Assembly: GCA_963843575.1 (NCBI GenBank)
Contig: CAWJKZ010000013.1
Span: forward strand, 766,891-830,890
DNA length: 64,000 nt
Direction: 5' to 3'
Source: an uncultured Acidobacteriota bacterium
GTDB taxonomy: Bacteria; Acidobacteriota; UBA6911
Made by a program: the position numbers and the translations under genes. Position 1 is the stretch's first letter; each line of letters starts with the position of its first letter. Of the stretch, positions 1 to 10,977 are shown in pieces. The notes beneath the pieces were generated by a model. That model saw only the letters and a list, made by a program, of their open reading frames with translations. It searched no databases and was not told the DNA's origin.

Positions 1-541
<541 letters not shown>

Positions 542-553
542 ATGCGAACAAAA

Positions 554-655
554 CAAGTGGGTCCGGGCTTCAGCCCGGACGCAGTTTGCGGCAGTTATAC
601 CGTTGCTATTGAGCTCCGATCGAAACACGTCCCGGCTGAAGCCCGGACCCACTTG
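554..655. repeat. REP doublet (REPIN-like inverted repeat)
   Basis: CAAGTGGGTCCGGGCTTCAGCC (554-575) is the exact reverse complement of 634-655; the left arm is itself a hairpin GTCCGGGC-TTCA-GCCCGGAC preceded by GTGG. Confidence 0.85.
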
Positions 656-680
656 AGGAAATCGTTGAAAGGGGAGCAAA

Positions 681-2360
681 GTGAAAGAGGGACTGAATCG
701 CTACAGTGCACGTATCACCCAGCGCAAGTCACAGGCCGCCTCGCAGGCCATGCTGTACGGGACCGGCCTTACCGAAGCCGACATGGACAAGCCGCAGATC
801 GGCATCGCGAGCATGTGGTATGAGGGGAACACCTGCAACATGCACCTCCTTGACCTGGCGGCCAAGGTGGCCGAGGGAGTGCGCGCCGCCGGCATGGTGC
901 CGATGCGCTTCAACACCATCGGGGTCAGCGACGGCATCTCGATGGGTACGGAGGGCATGAGTTATTCCCTGCAATCGCGCGAGCTGATCGCCGACTCCAT
1001 CGAAACGATGATGGGGGCGCACTGGTATGACGCGAATGTCTCGCTCCCCGGTTGCGACAAGAACATGCCCGGGTGCCTGATCGCAATGGGACGCCTGAAC
1101 CGCCCGTCACTGATGATCTACGGCGGCACGATCCGGCCGGGACACTACGAGGGGCGCAAGCTCGACATCATCTCCGCATTCCAGGCCTATGGCGAGCACA
1201 TCGCCGGGAAGCTGGATGAAACCGGCCTCAAGAAAGTGCTGCAGCACGCCTGCCCCGGTGCGGGCGCCTGTGGCGGGATGTACACCGCCAACACCATGGC
1301 TTCGGCGATCGAGGCGCTCGGCATGTCGCTCCCCTACAGCTCTTCCGTCCCCGCGACCGATCCCAAGAAGCTCGACGAGTGTGTGCGCTCGGGCGCCGCG
1401 ATCCGCAACCTTCTGGAAAAGGATCTGAAGCCGCGCGACATCGTCACCCGCGCCTCCTTCGAGAACGCAATGGTCCTGGTGATGGCGCTCGGCGGGTCCA
1501 CGAACGCGGTCCTGCACCTCATCGCGATCGCGCGCGCCTTCGGCATCGCGCTCACGATCGACGACTTCCAGGCCGTCAGCGACCGCGTCCCATTCCTGGC
1601 CGACCTCAAGCCGAGCGGTCCGAACGTCATGGAGGACCTGCACGACGTGGGCGGCATCCCTGCAGTAATGAAGTACCTCTTCAAGGCCGGGCTCCTCGAT
1701 GGCCGCTGCCTCACCGTCACGGGAAAAACCGTGGCAGAAAACCTCGAGAGCGTTCCCGATCTCGCACCCGGACAAAACGTGATCCACCCGCTCGACCATC
1801 CGATCAAGAAGACCGGACACATCCAGATACTCAAGGGGAACCTCGCGCCCGAAGGGGCCGTCGCCAAGATCACTGGGAAGGAAGGGCTGAAGTTTTCAGG
1901 CCCGGCCCGGGTTTTCGATTCGGAGGAGCAGACCCTGGCTGCGCTGGAACGGCGCGAGGTCGGCAAGGGGTCCGTCATCGTGATCCGATATGAAGGGCCC
2001 AAGGGCGGCCCCGGAATGCCCGAGATGCTGACCGTGACCTCCGCCATCATGGGGGCCGGCCTGGGCCAGGACGTGGCGCTCCTGACCGACGGCCGATTCT
2101 CGGGCGGGACGCACGGGTTCGTGGTCGGTCACGTGACCCCCGAAGCGCAGGACGGCGGCCCGATCGCCCTGGTCCGCGACGGCGACGTGATCACGATCGA
2201 CGCGGAGCGCAACCTGCTTTCGATGGACGTGGCGGCCGACGAGCTCGAGAGACGCAGGACAGCCTGGACGGCTCCCCCTTACAAGGCCACCTCGGGGGCG
2301 CTCTACAAGTACATCAAGACGGTCAGCCCAGCCTCGCTAGGCTGCGTCACCGACCTCTGA
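681..2360 (+). CDS. ilvD: Dihydroxy-acid dehydratase
   Basis: [52 protein letters not shown] motifs. Confidence 0.97.
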   Translation: MKEGLNRYSARITQRKSQAASQAMLYGTGLTEADMDKPQIGIASMWYEGNTCNMHLLDLAAKVAEGVRAAGMVPMRFNTIGVSDGISMGTEGMSYSLQSRELIADSIETMMGAHWYDANVSLPGCDKNMPGCLIAMGRLNRPSLMIYGGTIRPGHYEGRKLDIISAFQAYGEHIAGKLDETGLKKVLQHACPGAGACGGMYTANTMASAIEALGMSLPYSSSVPATDPKKLDECVRSGAAIRNLLEKDLKPRDIVTRASFENAMVLVMALGGSTNAVLHLIAIARAFGIALTIDDFQAVSDRVPFLADLKPSGPNVMEDLHDVGGIPAVMKYLFKAGLLDGRCLTVTGKTVAENLESVPDLAPGQNVIHPLDHPIKKTGHIQILKGNLAPEGAVAKITGKEGLKFSGPARVFDSEEQTLAALERREVGKGSVIVIRYEGPKGGPGMPEMLTVTSAIMGAGLGQDVALLTDGRFSGGTHGFVVGHVTPEAQDGGPIALVRDGDVITIDAERNLLSMDVAADELERRRTAWTAPPYKATSGALYKYIKTVSPASLGCVTDL

Positions 2361-2402
2361 CCTGGAGTGCCCCGAAGAATCTCCAAGCTCTCCTTCTCCA
2401 CG

Positions 2403-3275
2403 TCAACCTAGTTCGGGACCTGCTATTCCCGCCACGTTGGCGGGCAGGCCGGGATGCCGGTTCAGGCCGCGGTACATCCGGGTGAGGATCCGCTGCTGCA
2501 CAAAGCCTGCCGTTGAGACAATCTCCTTCGCTTCCGGGCTTGGCAACGAAATATCGACAAACACAGGTCCGCCCGGAAATCTGGCGAGGAATTCCCTAAA
2601 CAACTCTGCAGCGGCACCCGTGCCGGGCACGGCAACCCACGGCCCGAGGTAGTGGGCGCGTTCTCCTGCCCTCCCCAGCATGAAGCCCGCGACCTCCGTC
2701 CCCCGGGTCAGTACGGCGGAGTAGGCCGGGCCGTCTTCCCAGATACTCGTCAGAAGCCGCGTGCGGTCCGCGCCGAAAATCTCGCGATCCCAGCCACAGA
2801 CGCGCTGCAACTCGTCCCGCGTCATCGGCTTCAGGGTGGGGCCGTTAACGGCCCGCCCATTTCCCTGCCATCGCTCGATCTGGTATTCATCGGCGAAGCC
2901 GAGTTTAAGGTAGAGTCCGTGACCCATCGGGGTGGCGTCGAGTTTCTGTGTTTCGACGGCGGAGCGCTCGAGATAGCGTATCGCATGCTTCAGCAATTCC
3001 GTACCGATCCCGCGGCCCCGCTGTTGCGGGTCCACCAGCACCATCCCGATCCAGCCCAAGCGCGTGCCATACCTGAGGGTTGTGGCGGTCCCGCACACCT
3101 CGTCGCCGGCACACGCGACGAAACAGCCGCCGGGCTCGAGCCTGAGGAACCGGCTCCAGTCCCCTTCCTTCTGGTTCCATCCTGCCACGCGGCAAAGACG
3201 CAGGCCGGCGGGGATGTCGGCCGCTTCCATGCGGCGGATCGCGGATGGTTCGAGGTCGTTGTGCGCTGTTCGCAT
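2403..3275 (-). CDS. GNAT family N-acetyltransferase (tandem GNAT, YitH-like)
   Basis: GWNQ, WIGMVLVDPQQRGRGIG acetyl-CoA motif, LDATPMG..LY.KLGF, C-terminal GPELG. Confidence 0.85.
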   Translation of the reverse strand: MRTAHNDLEPSAIRRMEAADIPAGLRLCRVAGWNQKEGDWSRFLRLEPGGCFVACAGDEVCGTATTLRYGTRLGWIGMVLVDPQQRGRGIGTELLKHAIRYLERSAVETQKLDATPMGHGLYLKLGFADEYQIERWQGNGRAVNGPTLKPMTRDELQRVCGWDREIFGADRTRLLTSIWEDGPAYSAVLTRGTEVAGFMLGRAGERAHYLGPWVAVPGTGAAAELFREFLARFPGGPVFVDISLPSPEAKEIVSTAGFVQQRILTRMYRGLNRHPGLPANVAGIAGPELG

Positions 3276-3297
3276 GCGGCCCTCCTCGTGCGTCAGG

Positions 3298-4623
3298 TCA
3301 GATGGTGCGGACTATTTCGTTGTTGCCCCCCTCGCGGTTCCGCACAAAAATGAGCACCAGCACGGCCCCGATCAGCGGGATGAGGCTTGCCGCGAAGAGG
3401 ATTGGCTCGAACGAATACCGGTCCGACACATACCCCACGATGTAAGTCGACAGGATGGTGCCGATGCCGGCTCCCGTCCCGCACATGCCGCTCACGGTGG
3501 CGACCGATCCGCTCGCGAAGAGGTCCGAGGGGAGCACCAGAGCCATGGTCGAGGCGGAGGCGTAGGCAAATGTCGCGATCCCGAAGAGTCCCGCCAGCGC
3601 ATAGATGTTGGACGTGTAAATAGTCAGGCTCAGGAGCGCGACGCCGGTGCAACCGCAGACGAACACGGTCTTGCGCGCCCGCCCGACGGACCAGCCGCGC
3701 CGGATCAGCCAGCTCGAAACGCCTCCCCCGAAGAAGTTCCCCAGGTCGGCGGCGATGAAGGGGATCCAGAAGGCCAGCAGCCCCTCTTCGAGCTTCACGC
3801 CTTTCGCGACCAGGTAGATCGCAAACCAGTCGGCAATAAAAAACCAGACCGGATCGGTGAGGGAGCGGGCGAAGATGGTTCCCCAGGTCTGCGGCAGCCG
3901 GAGCAGATCCCACCAGCCCACCTTCTGCACGGTGCCCCCTTCCATCGCGTGCGCAGCCTTCTCGGCCATGAGCATGGAGCGTTCGGCCTCGCCGAGTCTC
4001 GGGTGCTGTTCGGGCGGGTAATAGACCATGCGCCAGGCGAGCAGCCAGAGGAACCCCAGCAGCCCCACGAGAACGAAAGCCGGACGCCAGCCGCCGAACG
4101 TCCGGTACAGGAAGAGGACGAGGAACGGAGCGATCGCGCCGCCGATGGAGGAGCCGCTGTCGAAGAGGGCAACGGCCCAGCCGCGTTCCTTCTTGGGGAA
4201 CCACTCGGCGACGGCCTTGGTCGCCGCGGGCCAGTTCGCCGACTCTCCGGCGCCGAGCAGAAAGCGGAAGAAACAGAAGCTGCGCAAGCCGGTTGCCATC
4301 GACGTGACCATCGAGGCGATCGAGTACCAGATCACGGTAATCGTCAAGCCGCGCCTCGTGCCTACCCTGTCCATGATTCTCCCTGCGAGGGTCTGGCCGA
4401 TGGCGTACGCGAGGCGGAACGAGATGACCACGAGGGCAAAGTCCTCGTTCGTCCACTTGTAGTCACGCTTGAGGTAGGGGGCGAGCACCGACAGGGTTTG
4501 CCGGTCGAGGTAGTTGATGACGGTGGAGGCGAAGAGCAGCCCGCCGATCCACCAGCGCAAGGCAGGGATAGGCCGGCGCCGCTGCTGTCCAGGGTACAAA
4601 TCGTTATCGCTCTTAGGCTCCAT
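3298..4623 (-). CDS. MFS transporter, ACS/ExuT hexuronate-transporter-like
   Basis: [36 protein letters not shown], about 12 hydrophobic segments. Confidence 0.9.
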   Translation of the reverse strand: MEPKSDNDLYPGQQRRRPIPALRWWIGGLLFASTVINYLDRQTLSVLAPYLKRDYKWTNEDFALVVISFRLAYAIGQTLAGRIMDRVGTRRGLTITVIWYSIASMVTSMATGLRSFCFFRFLLGAGESANWPAATKAVAEWFPKKERGWAVALFDSGSSIGGAIAPFLVLFLYRTFGGWRPAFVLVGLLGFLWLLAWRMVYYPPEQHPRLGEAERSMLMAEKAAHAMEGGTVQKVGWWDLLRLPQTWGTIFARSLTDPVWFFIADWFAIYLVAKGVKLEEGLLAFWIPFIAADLGNFFGGGVSSWLIRRGWSVGRARKTVFVCGCTGVALLSLTIYTSNIYALAGLFGIATFAYASASTMALVLPSDLFASGSVATVSGMCGTGAGIGTILSTYIVGYVSDRYSFEPILFAASLIPLIGAVLVLIFVRNREGGNNEIVRTI

Positions 4624-4645
4624 TTGTCCCCACACGTTCTCGGTT

Positions 4646-5599
4646 TTAATCGGGTTTTGGCTCGGTCAACTCGCGTATGTACGCTTCGCAAAGCGCCACG
4701 TCGGCCAGGGTCTTGATCCCCTGCACTTCCCTGGGGTCGGCGATCGGGGAGGCGAGGACGCGCCCGGGCTCGGCCGCGAGCCGGGTGATCAGCTCATTCG
4801 GGAAGCCCAGCTCTCCGCCCGGCCGGTCGTAGCGGTGCTCGGTTTCCCGCCAAAAGAGCGTCCTGAGTTCCGACAGCACCCGGAACATCGTGCGGTTCCA
4901 GAGGACGAACACTCCGATGTTGGTTTCCGCGAAGTCCGTGTTCGGGGCCTGCTCCAGGTGGCTTTCGCGCGACGCGGCGACGCGGCCGCAGCGGTCGCGC
5001 ATCAGGGGGGCGTACGGGCGGTCAACCGCTACGGTGGGCAGCACCATGTCGTAGTCCGGGAAAATGGCCGCCACCCTCAGGATGCGCCGCACCGTCGCGG
5101 CCTGAATCACGGGCTGCGCTCCCCAGACCACAAGCGTGCGCCCGTCGAAATCCTTCATGGTTTCGCAGGCGCACAGCACGGCATCCCCGGTTCCCAAGGG
5201 GCGAGACTGGAGCACGAACGTCGCGCCCGTCCCGGCCAGCTCGGTCTGCAGCAGTTGCTCGGTTTCCGGCGAGACGACCACGACCGGAGGACGCATCCTG
5301 AAGGGCAGCCCGGTAAGCGTCCCGTATACGCGGGCCGTCGCCGTGATCCCGCCGACGGACGCCAGCGGTTTTGGGACACTGAGCCCGCTCGCGCGCGCCC
5401 TGGCCCCCTTGCCCGCGGCGACGATCACCGGCCAGATCTCGGGGGACAACCCGTCGAGGTCGACGTCGTCGAGGAGCCGGCAGACGCCGTAGGCCAGCCG
5501 CGCCGAGTCCCGCCACATCGTCCCGAGGTTCTCGACGGCCGTCCGGGCCAGCGTTCTGGGGTCCAGGGCCGCAAGACCGTCTCCCGGGGTGGAGCTCAT
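4646..5599 (-). CDS. Sugar-phosphate nucleotidyltransferase domain (GlmU N-terminal-like); probably the C-terminal part of a fusion with the upstream GHMP kinase
   Basis: [21 protein letters not shown] and ETNIGVF motifs; the frame stays open about 30 codons upstream of the ATG. Confidence 0.8.
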   Translation of the reverse strand: MSSTPGDGLAALDPRTLARTAVENLGTMWRDSARLAYGVCRLLDDVDLDGLSPEIWPVIVAAGKGARARASGLSVPKPLASVGGITATARVYGTLTGLPFRMRPPVVVVSPETEQLLQTELAGTGATFVLQSRPLGTGDAVLCACETMKDFDGRTLVVWGAQPVIQAATVRRILRVAAIFPDYDMVLPTVAVDRPYAPLMRDRCGRVAASRESHLEQAPNTDFAETNIGVFVLWNRTMFRVLSELRTLFWRETEHRYDRPGGELGFPNELITRLAAEPGRVLASPIADPREVQGIKTLADVALCEAYIRELTEPKPD

Positions 5600-5609
5600 G
5601 ACCGAGTGT

Positions 5610-7104
5610 TCAGTCCCGGCGATCGGGCGGCCGGGTCGCGTAGTACAGTTTCTGCACCCTGTCCACGATCCCGGCCGCGTGTTCGGCCGTGGTCAGGGCG
5701 AGCACGTTCCCGCCGAAGCCGCCGCCCATGAGGCGGGCGCCGAAGACATTCCGGTCGGAGACCACGATGTCCCTGAGGCGTTCTACCTCCGGCGTGCTGA
5801 CGCCGTACAGGTCGCGCAGGCTTTCGTGCGAGGCGTTGAGCAACATCCCCAGCTGCGCAAGGAGTTCGCGGGGCTCCACCGGAGAACCGGCGGCGGCCGA
5901 GCGGAAACCGAGCACCGCTGCGGCGACGCGGCGCACCTCGCCGACGTGGTGCAGGGCGCGTTCGCGGATCCTCAGCGGCCGCTCCCCGCGGTCGCGCACC
6001 AGTGCCGGGAAGGCGAGCCGGCACTCGGCCAGCGCGTTGGGGTGATGCCCTTCCAGTTCGGCCAGCGAGAGGGATTCCGGCAGATGCCGCACCAGTCCCT
6101 CCAGCTCGTCCAGCGCAGCGACGGCACCGCCGCGAGCCGCTTCGGCCGCGGCGTGCCAGGCAGCGAACCGATCCCGGTCACGCGTCCGCCACCCCTCGAT
6201 CAGCGCCGGGATCACGATGCGCGACACGGCGGCGCGCTCGTTGTACTCGAGCATGACCTCGCGCCCCTTGTCGGCCGAGTGCGAAAAAAACGTCAGCCAC
6301 CGAATCCCCGGGAGCGTCATCGGGACGCGATCGACCCGGTCATCCGCGTAGGAGATGTGAACCGCCTGCATCCTGCGGGCGAGGCAGATCGTGACGTGAT
6401 CCATAGACCCGCCGCGGGTGCCGACGAACCACTCCGCGCGGGCGGAATGACGGGCCAGCTGGGCGGGCTCGCAGGCGATGCCGTTGGCGTCCCGCACGGC
6501 GGCGCCGGCGAGCACGGTCAGGGCGGAAGACGAGGAGGCGCCACCGGCGGCGGGAATGGTCGAGTCCACGACGAAATCGAAACCGCGCCGGAGCCTCTCG
6601 CCGTAGTGCAGGCGGGCGTAGAAGGCCGCCCCCTTCACGTAGTTCCCCCAGTGCGGGGACCGGGGCCGCACTGCCGTACACGTACGACTCCCACGTGCCG
6701 GACGTGGGGCCCTGCTGCAGATCGAACTCGACGGGGTCCGCAGCCCCCGAGGGTGGTGGTGCCCCGGACGTGGCTGTCCTCGCGCGGCCTGAAGAACACG
6801 ATCATGTCGTGCTCGCCGCTGCCTACCGTCAGCGACGCGGTCGCCAGGTAGGAAACGTAGTCGATGTGTTCCCCCAGCAGGTTGATGCGCGCCGGGGCGC
6901 GCATCACGGAGACGGGACCGTCCCCGTAGGCCTCCAGGAACCTGGCGCAATGGGGCACCAGGCGGTCGAGCTTCGTACGCCACAGTTCGCCGTCGGCGCA
7001 CTCCAGCGGAAGCGGCGGTCCAGGGGCGAAACCGGCAGGGCCGGTGGCTCGGATCCGGCCGTCTGCAGGTCGCGGAGGTATCGCTGTAACTCGGAGACAA
7101 TCAT
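5610..7104 (-). CDS. Galactokinase-family (GHMP) sugar kinase, split by frameshifts (~6960, ~6660-6750)
   Basis: APARINLLGEHIDY (GalK signature, frame 6635-6958); WGNYVKG, IPAAGGASSSSA and GARLMGGGFGG (frame 5610-7100). Confidence 0.85.
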
Positions 7105-7171
7105 AAGCAGTCGATGTGGGAATGGGCCTTATCGGCTCGACGCGACCCGCGGATGTTGCCCGCCCCGCGCT

Positions 7172-9460
7172 TCATCGGCGTTGGGCCGGTCCGGCCCAGC
7201 TCAGTTCGGGAGTGGCGATGTCCTCCGGCGCGCCGGGGTCGCCCGACGCGGGCCCGTACCACACGCTGCCGCCGTACGTGGTGATGTACACCTGTTGGGA
7301 TTTGAGCGGATCGGGGATGACCCGGTGGCCCCACTTGAAATTGTATCCCCGCAGGCGCGACCAGGTCGCTCCGCGGTCCGCCGAGCGCCAGGCCGACGAT
7401 TCGAATCCGCAGGCGTACACGAGGCCGGGCTTCCGCGGGTCCAGGGTGACGTCATAGACGTGCTGGTCGTCGGACAGCGAGCTGCGCCACGTCGCACCGC
7501 GGTCGGTGGAGACGAATACGCCGCCGCCCGACAACCGCGTCGGCAGCCGGCGGCCCCACGCGGCGAGATACAGGCGGCTCGAATCGGCGGGATCGATGGC
7601 CAGGCCGTTCGGTGCGTTGACCCCTTCGGGCAGCCCGACCCTGGTCCAGCTCTCGGCGCCGTCTTCCGAGCGGTAGAGCGCCCCGTCCACGGCTGTCCCG
7701 ATGCTCCCGTCCTCACTTCGGCGCGCGACCAGGAGATAGAGGGTTCGCCGGGCGTCCTGCGCGAGCCGCCAGGCAAAGGGCTCCGTGCCCTCGATCCCCG
7801 TGTTTTTCAGGGTCCAACTCCTGCCGCCGTCGATCGATTTGAACACGCCCCGCCCGAACGCCGCCGCGTAAAGCACCCGGGCATCGGCCGGGCTGCGCGG
7901 GTCGAGCAGGATGTGGGTCACCGCCGACTCGGGCATCCCGTCGCTCGACTTCTGCCAGGTGCGCCCGGAATCATGGCTGATGCAGACGCCGCCGTTGTAG
8001 GTGGCCGGCGATCTCCCGCGCCACATCTTCGGACGCGGCAGGTCGTGGACGCCGCTCATCACCCCCCAGACCCGGCCGCGCACCTGCGGGTCGAATTCAA
8101 CCCAGTAGGTCGTGTTCACCCAGGGGTCGGGGACACCGGAGGTGGAACTAATCCAGCTCCGCCCGCCGTTCTCGCTCCGGAACAGGCCTATATCGGTGTA
8201 CGTAATGAAGAGCCGGTTTTTGTCAAACGGGTCGAAGTGAACCCCGTAGCAGGTGGTTACGTCGAGACCGCGGCTCGTGCTGCTGCCGTCCGGCAGCCGC
8301 GTCGAGTACACCGCCTTCCAGGTATTGCCGCCGTCGGTGGTCCGCATCGTGCGCCCGTAATCCGTGCCGTAGCAAAGGTCGGGGTCCTTCGGCGCGACTC
8401 CGAGACCAAGGGGATTCTCCCCCCACCCGGGGCCGAAACGCTCGGTGACCCAGGCGTCTTTAATGTTGGGAGCGGCGACTCTGGATTCCTTCCAGAGCAG
8501 CTCCCAACTCCGGCCGAAGTTCGTCGTCTTGCCCACCCCGAAAAACGTTTCGGCACCTTCCCGGAGCCTGCCGTAGGAGACATACGCGACGTTCGGGAAG
8601 TGGAGACTCGTCGCCACTGCCTGGAACTGGGCCGGCGCTTGCGCGATCGACGACTGCACCCAACCCACTCCACCGTCCACGGAAACGAAGAGGCCCTGCT
8701 TCGCGATCGCATAAACCACCAGCCTGCCGCCTTCGGCGGGGAACCCGGCCGACGAGTCCGTAAACGTGGTCACGCCCTCGGGCGGCGGGCCCTGCTTCCA
8801 CTCCCCGTTTTCCCTCACCCCGACACTGTTGAGGCCGACGACGTAGATCGTGCGGTTCTGCCTCGGCGACTGTGGATCCACGTAAACGCGGCTTCCCCCG
8901 GCAAGCGCCGCGGTCTTCCGCCACGTGTGGCCGCGGTCGCCGGACTCCTGCAACGTGAAGCTCCTGTCCTGCTGGACGGCCGCGAACAGCGTGGCGGAAT
9001 CTGCTGGATCGACGGCCAGGGCCGTTATCGAACCGGCCGGCTCCCCCCTGCTCATTATTCTCTCGCCCGCGTGGTCGTCCGACATCTCGACACCTTGGAA
9101 GGAGGAGGGGTCCGGGTGCACCAGGTGCCAGGAACTGCCTCCGTCGCCGGAGCGCCACAACCCCGTGGACTTTGCGTAGATCACGTTCGGGTCCACAGGG
9201 TCGAAAACGAAGTAGTGTGAGCGGCCGCGCAGGTTGAACATGCGCCAGGACGCACCCGCGTCCTTGGTCAAGTACGACCCGGTCATGTCGCAGGCCACCA
9301 GCACTTCGTTCGGGTCGTGGGGGCTGACGGTGGGGAGGAACTGGGCGCCCCCGCCGCCCGGACCGATGATCCGCCAGCGGTCCAGCCGGGAGGAGGCGGT
9401 TTGAGCCAACGCGAACGACACAACGGCAAAGACCACGAGTACTCGGCTGGCTAGGCGCAT
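7172..9460 (-). CDS. Secreted BNR/Asp-box beta-propeller protein (GH74/sortilin-like)
   Basis: Signal peptide MRLASRVLVVFAVVSFALA; WRIIGPGGGG, VACDMTG and more than 10 S/T-x-D-x-G-x-x-W repeats. Confidence 0.8.
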   Translation of the reverse strand: MRLASRVLVVFAVVSFALAQTASSRLDRWRIIGPGGGGAQFLPTVSPHDPNEVLVACDMTGSYLTKDAGASWRMFNLRGRSHYFVFDPVDPNVIYAKSTGLWRSGDGGSSWHLVHPDPSSFQGVEMSDDHAGERIMSRGEPAGSITALAVDPADSATLFAAVQQDRSFTLQESGDRGHTWRKTAALAGGSRVYVDPQSPRQNRTIYVVGLNSVGVRENGEWKQGPPPEGVTTFTDSSAGFPAEGGRLVVYAIAKQGLFVSVDGGVGWVQSSIAQAPAQFQAVATSLHFPNVAYVSYGRLREGAETFFGVGKTTNFGRSWELLWKESRVAAPNIKDAWVTERFGPGWGENPLGLGVAPKDPDLCYGTDYGRTMRTTDGGNTWKAVYSTRLPDGSSTSRGLDVTTCYGVHFDPFDKNRLFITYTDIGLFRSENGGRSWISSTSGVPDPWVNTTYWVEFDPQVRGRVWGVMSGVHDLPRPKMWRGRSPATYNGGVCISHDSGRTWQKSSDGMPESAVTHILLDPRSPADARVLYAAAFGRGVFKSIDGGRSWTLKNTGIEGTEPFAWRLAQDARRTLYLLVARRSEDGSIGTAVDGALYRSEDGAESWTRVGLPEGVNAPNGLAIDPADSSRLYLAAWGRRLPTRLSGGGVFVSTDRGATWRSSLSDDQHVYDVTLDPRKPGLVYACGFESSAWRSADRGATWSRLRGYNFKWGHRVIPDPLKSQQVYITTYGGSVWYGPASGDPGAPEDIATPELSWAGPAQRR

Positions 9461-9738
9461 GGGAACCGGTTGATCCTTGATTGGGTTTAAGTTACGCTCG
9501 GCACGACCGCGTCTATTATCAGCCAGACTGCAGGTGTGTTTCAACCGAACTCCTGGGCAGCACGTGTGGCGCCGCGGAAGGGGAGCGCGTTTGAAGGTCG
9601 CCGCCGGCACCGAATCCCTCGTTATTGCCCTTTTCGGTTCGAGGTACTATGTCCCGGGAGCCCCGGCACGCGCTGCGGGGAAAGTGGGGCGAACGGGTCC
9701 GCAGCCCGCTCTGCGGCCGCGATTGGGGCGAGGTGGAC

Positions 9739-10053
9739 ATGGCATACGTACTGAGGTTCGTGCAGAGATACCGTCCCGAGGGCCGGGATGAGTTCATGCG
9801 GCTCGAGGCGCTTTTCGCCGCGCTCGAGCGAAGCCACCCCCAATTCCCCCGCGGCCGCAGGAGCCAGCCCTATGCGGGCAGAGAACCGGGCAACACCCTC
9901 GTCTGGGATTGCCCGTTCGACACGATCGAGCAGCTGAATCACGCCCTGGAGGTCCTCGCGGCTTCGGCGGAGCACGGCGAGCTGTACCGGCAGCAGGTAC
10001 CGTACATGACCGACGCCTACACCGAGATCTACGAGGTGCTCGACTTGAAGTGA
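9739..10053 (+). CDS. Small hypothetical protein, NIPSNAP/dimeric alpha-beta barrel-like
   Basis: GAGGTGG RBS before ATG 9739; 104 aa with alternating beta/alpha pattern; first gene of the + operon. Confidence 0.65.
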   Translation: MAYVLRFVQRYRPEGRDEFMRLEALFAALERSHPQFPRGRRSQPYAGREPGNTLVWDCPFDTIEQLNHALEVLAASAEHGELYRQQVPYMTDAYTEIYEVLDLK

Positions 10054-10078
10054 TCCCCCTACACCCCGGGAGTGTCGC

Positions 10079-10966
10079 ATGAGCTATGTCACGCGCAGAA
10101 GACTGTACGAGTGGTGCCGCATTCCGGCGCGCGAACTCGCCAATCACCCGGGCGTGCGGGTCCCCTTGCGCGTCGTCGCCGACAGCCGCGAAATGGGTCT
10201 GCTGATGGCCCGGGAACTGGTGGACGTGATTGCGGCGAACAATGCCGCGGGAAGGCCGACGAGGGCCATCGTCCCCTGCGGCCCGACGTGCTGGTATGCG
10301 CCCTTCACGGCGCTGGTCAACGAAACGGGGGTTTCCCTCAGGAATCTGACCGTGTTTCACATGGACGAGTGCCTTGACTGGCAGGGAGGGCTCCTCCCCC
10401 GGAACCACCCCTACAATTTTCGCACGTTCATGGAGCGGCACTTCTACGGCGGCATCGCGCCTGGCCTGGCCGTCCCCGAGGCGCAGCGTTTCTGGCTCAC
10501 GCCCGCCTCCGTCGAGCCGGTGCGCGCCGCGCTGGCAGCGGCGCCGGTCGACATCACCGTGGGCGGGTGGGGTCAGGATGGGCACATCGCATACAACCAG
10601 GCCCGGCGACACCCTTACAGCGCGGTCACGCTGGAGGAGGTGGCGAATTCCACGATCCGGATCCAGGAGAACAACCTCGACACGATCCTGGCGCTGGCCC
10701 AGCGCACCTTCGGATCGGCTTACCAGTTCGTGCCGCCCATGTCGATCACCCTCGGGGTGCGCGAGTGCCTTTCCGCGGCGAAGGTGCGCGTCTACAGCGA
10801 CACCGGGGCGTGGAAGCAGACGGCGTTGCGTGTCGCGCTGTTCAGCGAGCCGACGCCGGAGTACCCGATGACTCTCCTGCAGTCGCACAAGGACGCTATC
10901 GTGACGGCGACCTTCGAAACCTGCCGTCACCCGATCAGCGAGAACCCCGACTGGGAACTTTTCTGA
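10079..10966 (+). CDS. Glucosamine-6-phosphate isomerase/deaminase-family protein (atypical NagB-like)
   Basis: PCGPT, FHMDE, GWGQDGHIAYNQ, PPMSITLG and PMTLLQSH motifs. Confidence 0.85.
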   Translation: MSYVTRRRLYEWCRIPARELANHPGVRVPLRVVADSREMGLLMARELVDVIAANNAAGRPTRAIVPCGPTCWYAPFTALVNETGVSLRNLTVFHMDECLDWQGGLLPRNHPYNFRTFMERHFYGGIAPGLAVPEAQRFWLTPASVEPVRAALAAAPVDITVGGWGQDGHIAYNQARRHPYSAVTLEEVANSTIRIQENNLDTILALAQRTFGSAYQFVPPMSITLGVRECLSAAKVRVYSDTGAWKQTALRVALFSEPTPEYPMTLLQSHKDAIVTATFETCRHPISENPDWELF

Positions 10967-10977
10967 CGGCCGCCCCC

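Noticed and set aside
542-680. TPP riboswitch or ilv attenuator between thiC and ilvD
   Set aside because: The structure is explained by the REP doublet; no TPP consensus or Ile/Leu/Val-rich leader peptide is seen.
6695-9220. Long antisense ORFs (also 3064-4716, 22409-24676, 24331-26127, 27141-29246, 46077-48047)
   Set aside because: Shadow frames of well-supported genes, expected at high GC; Arg/Pro/Gly-rich with no motifs.
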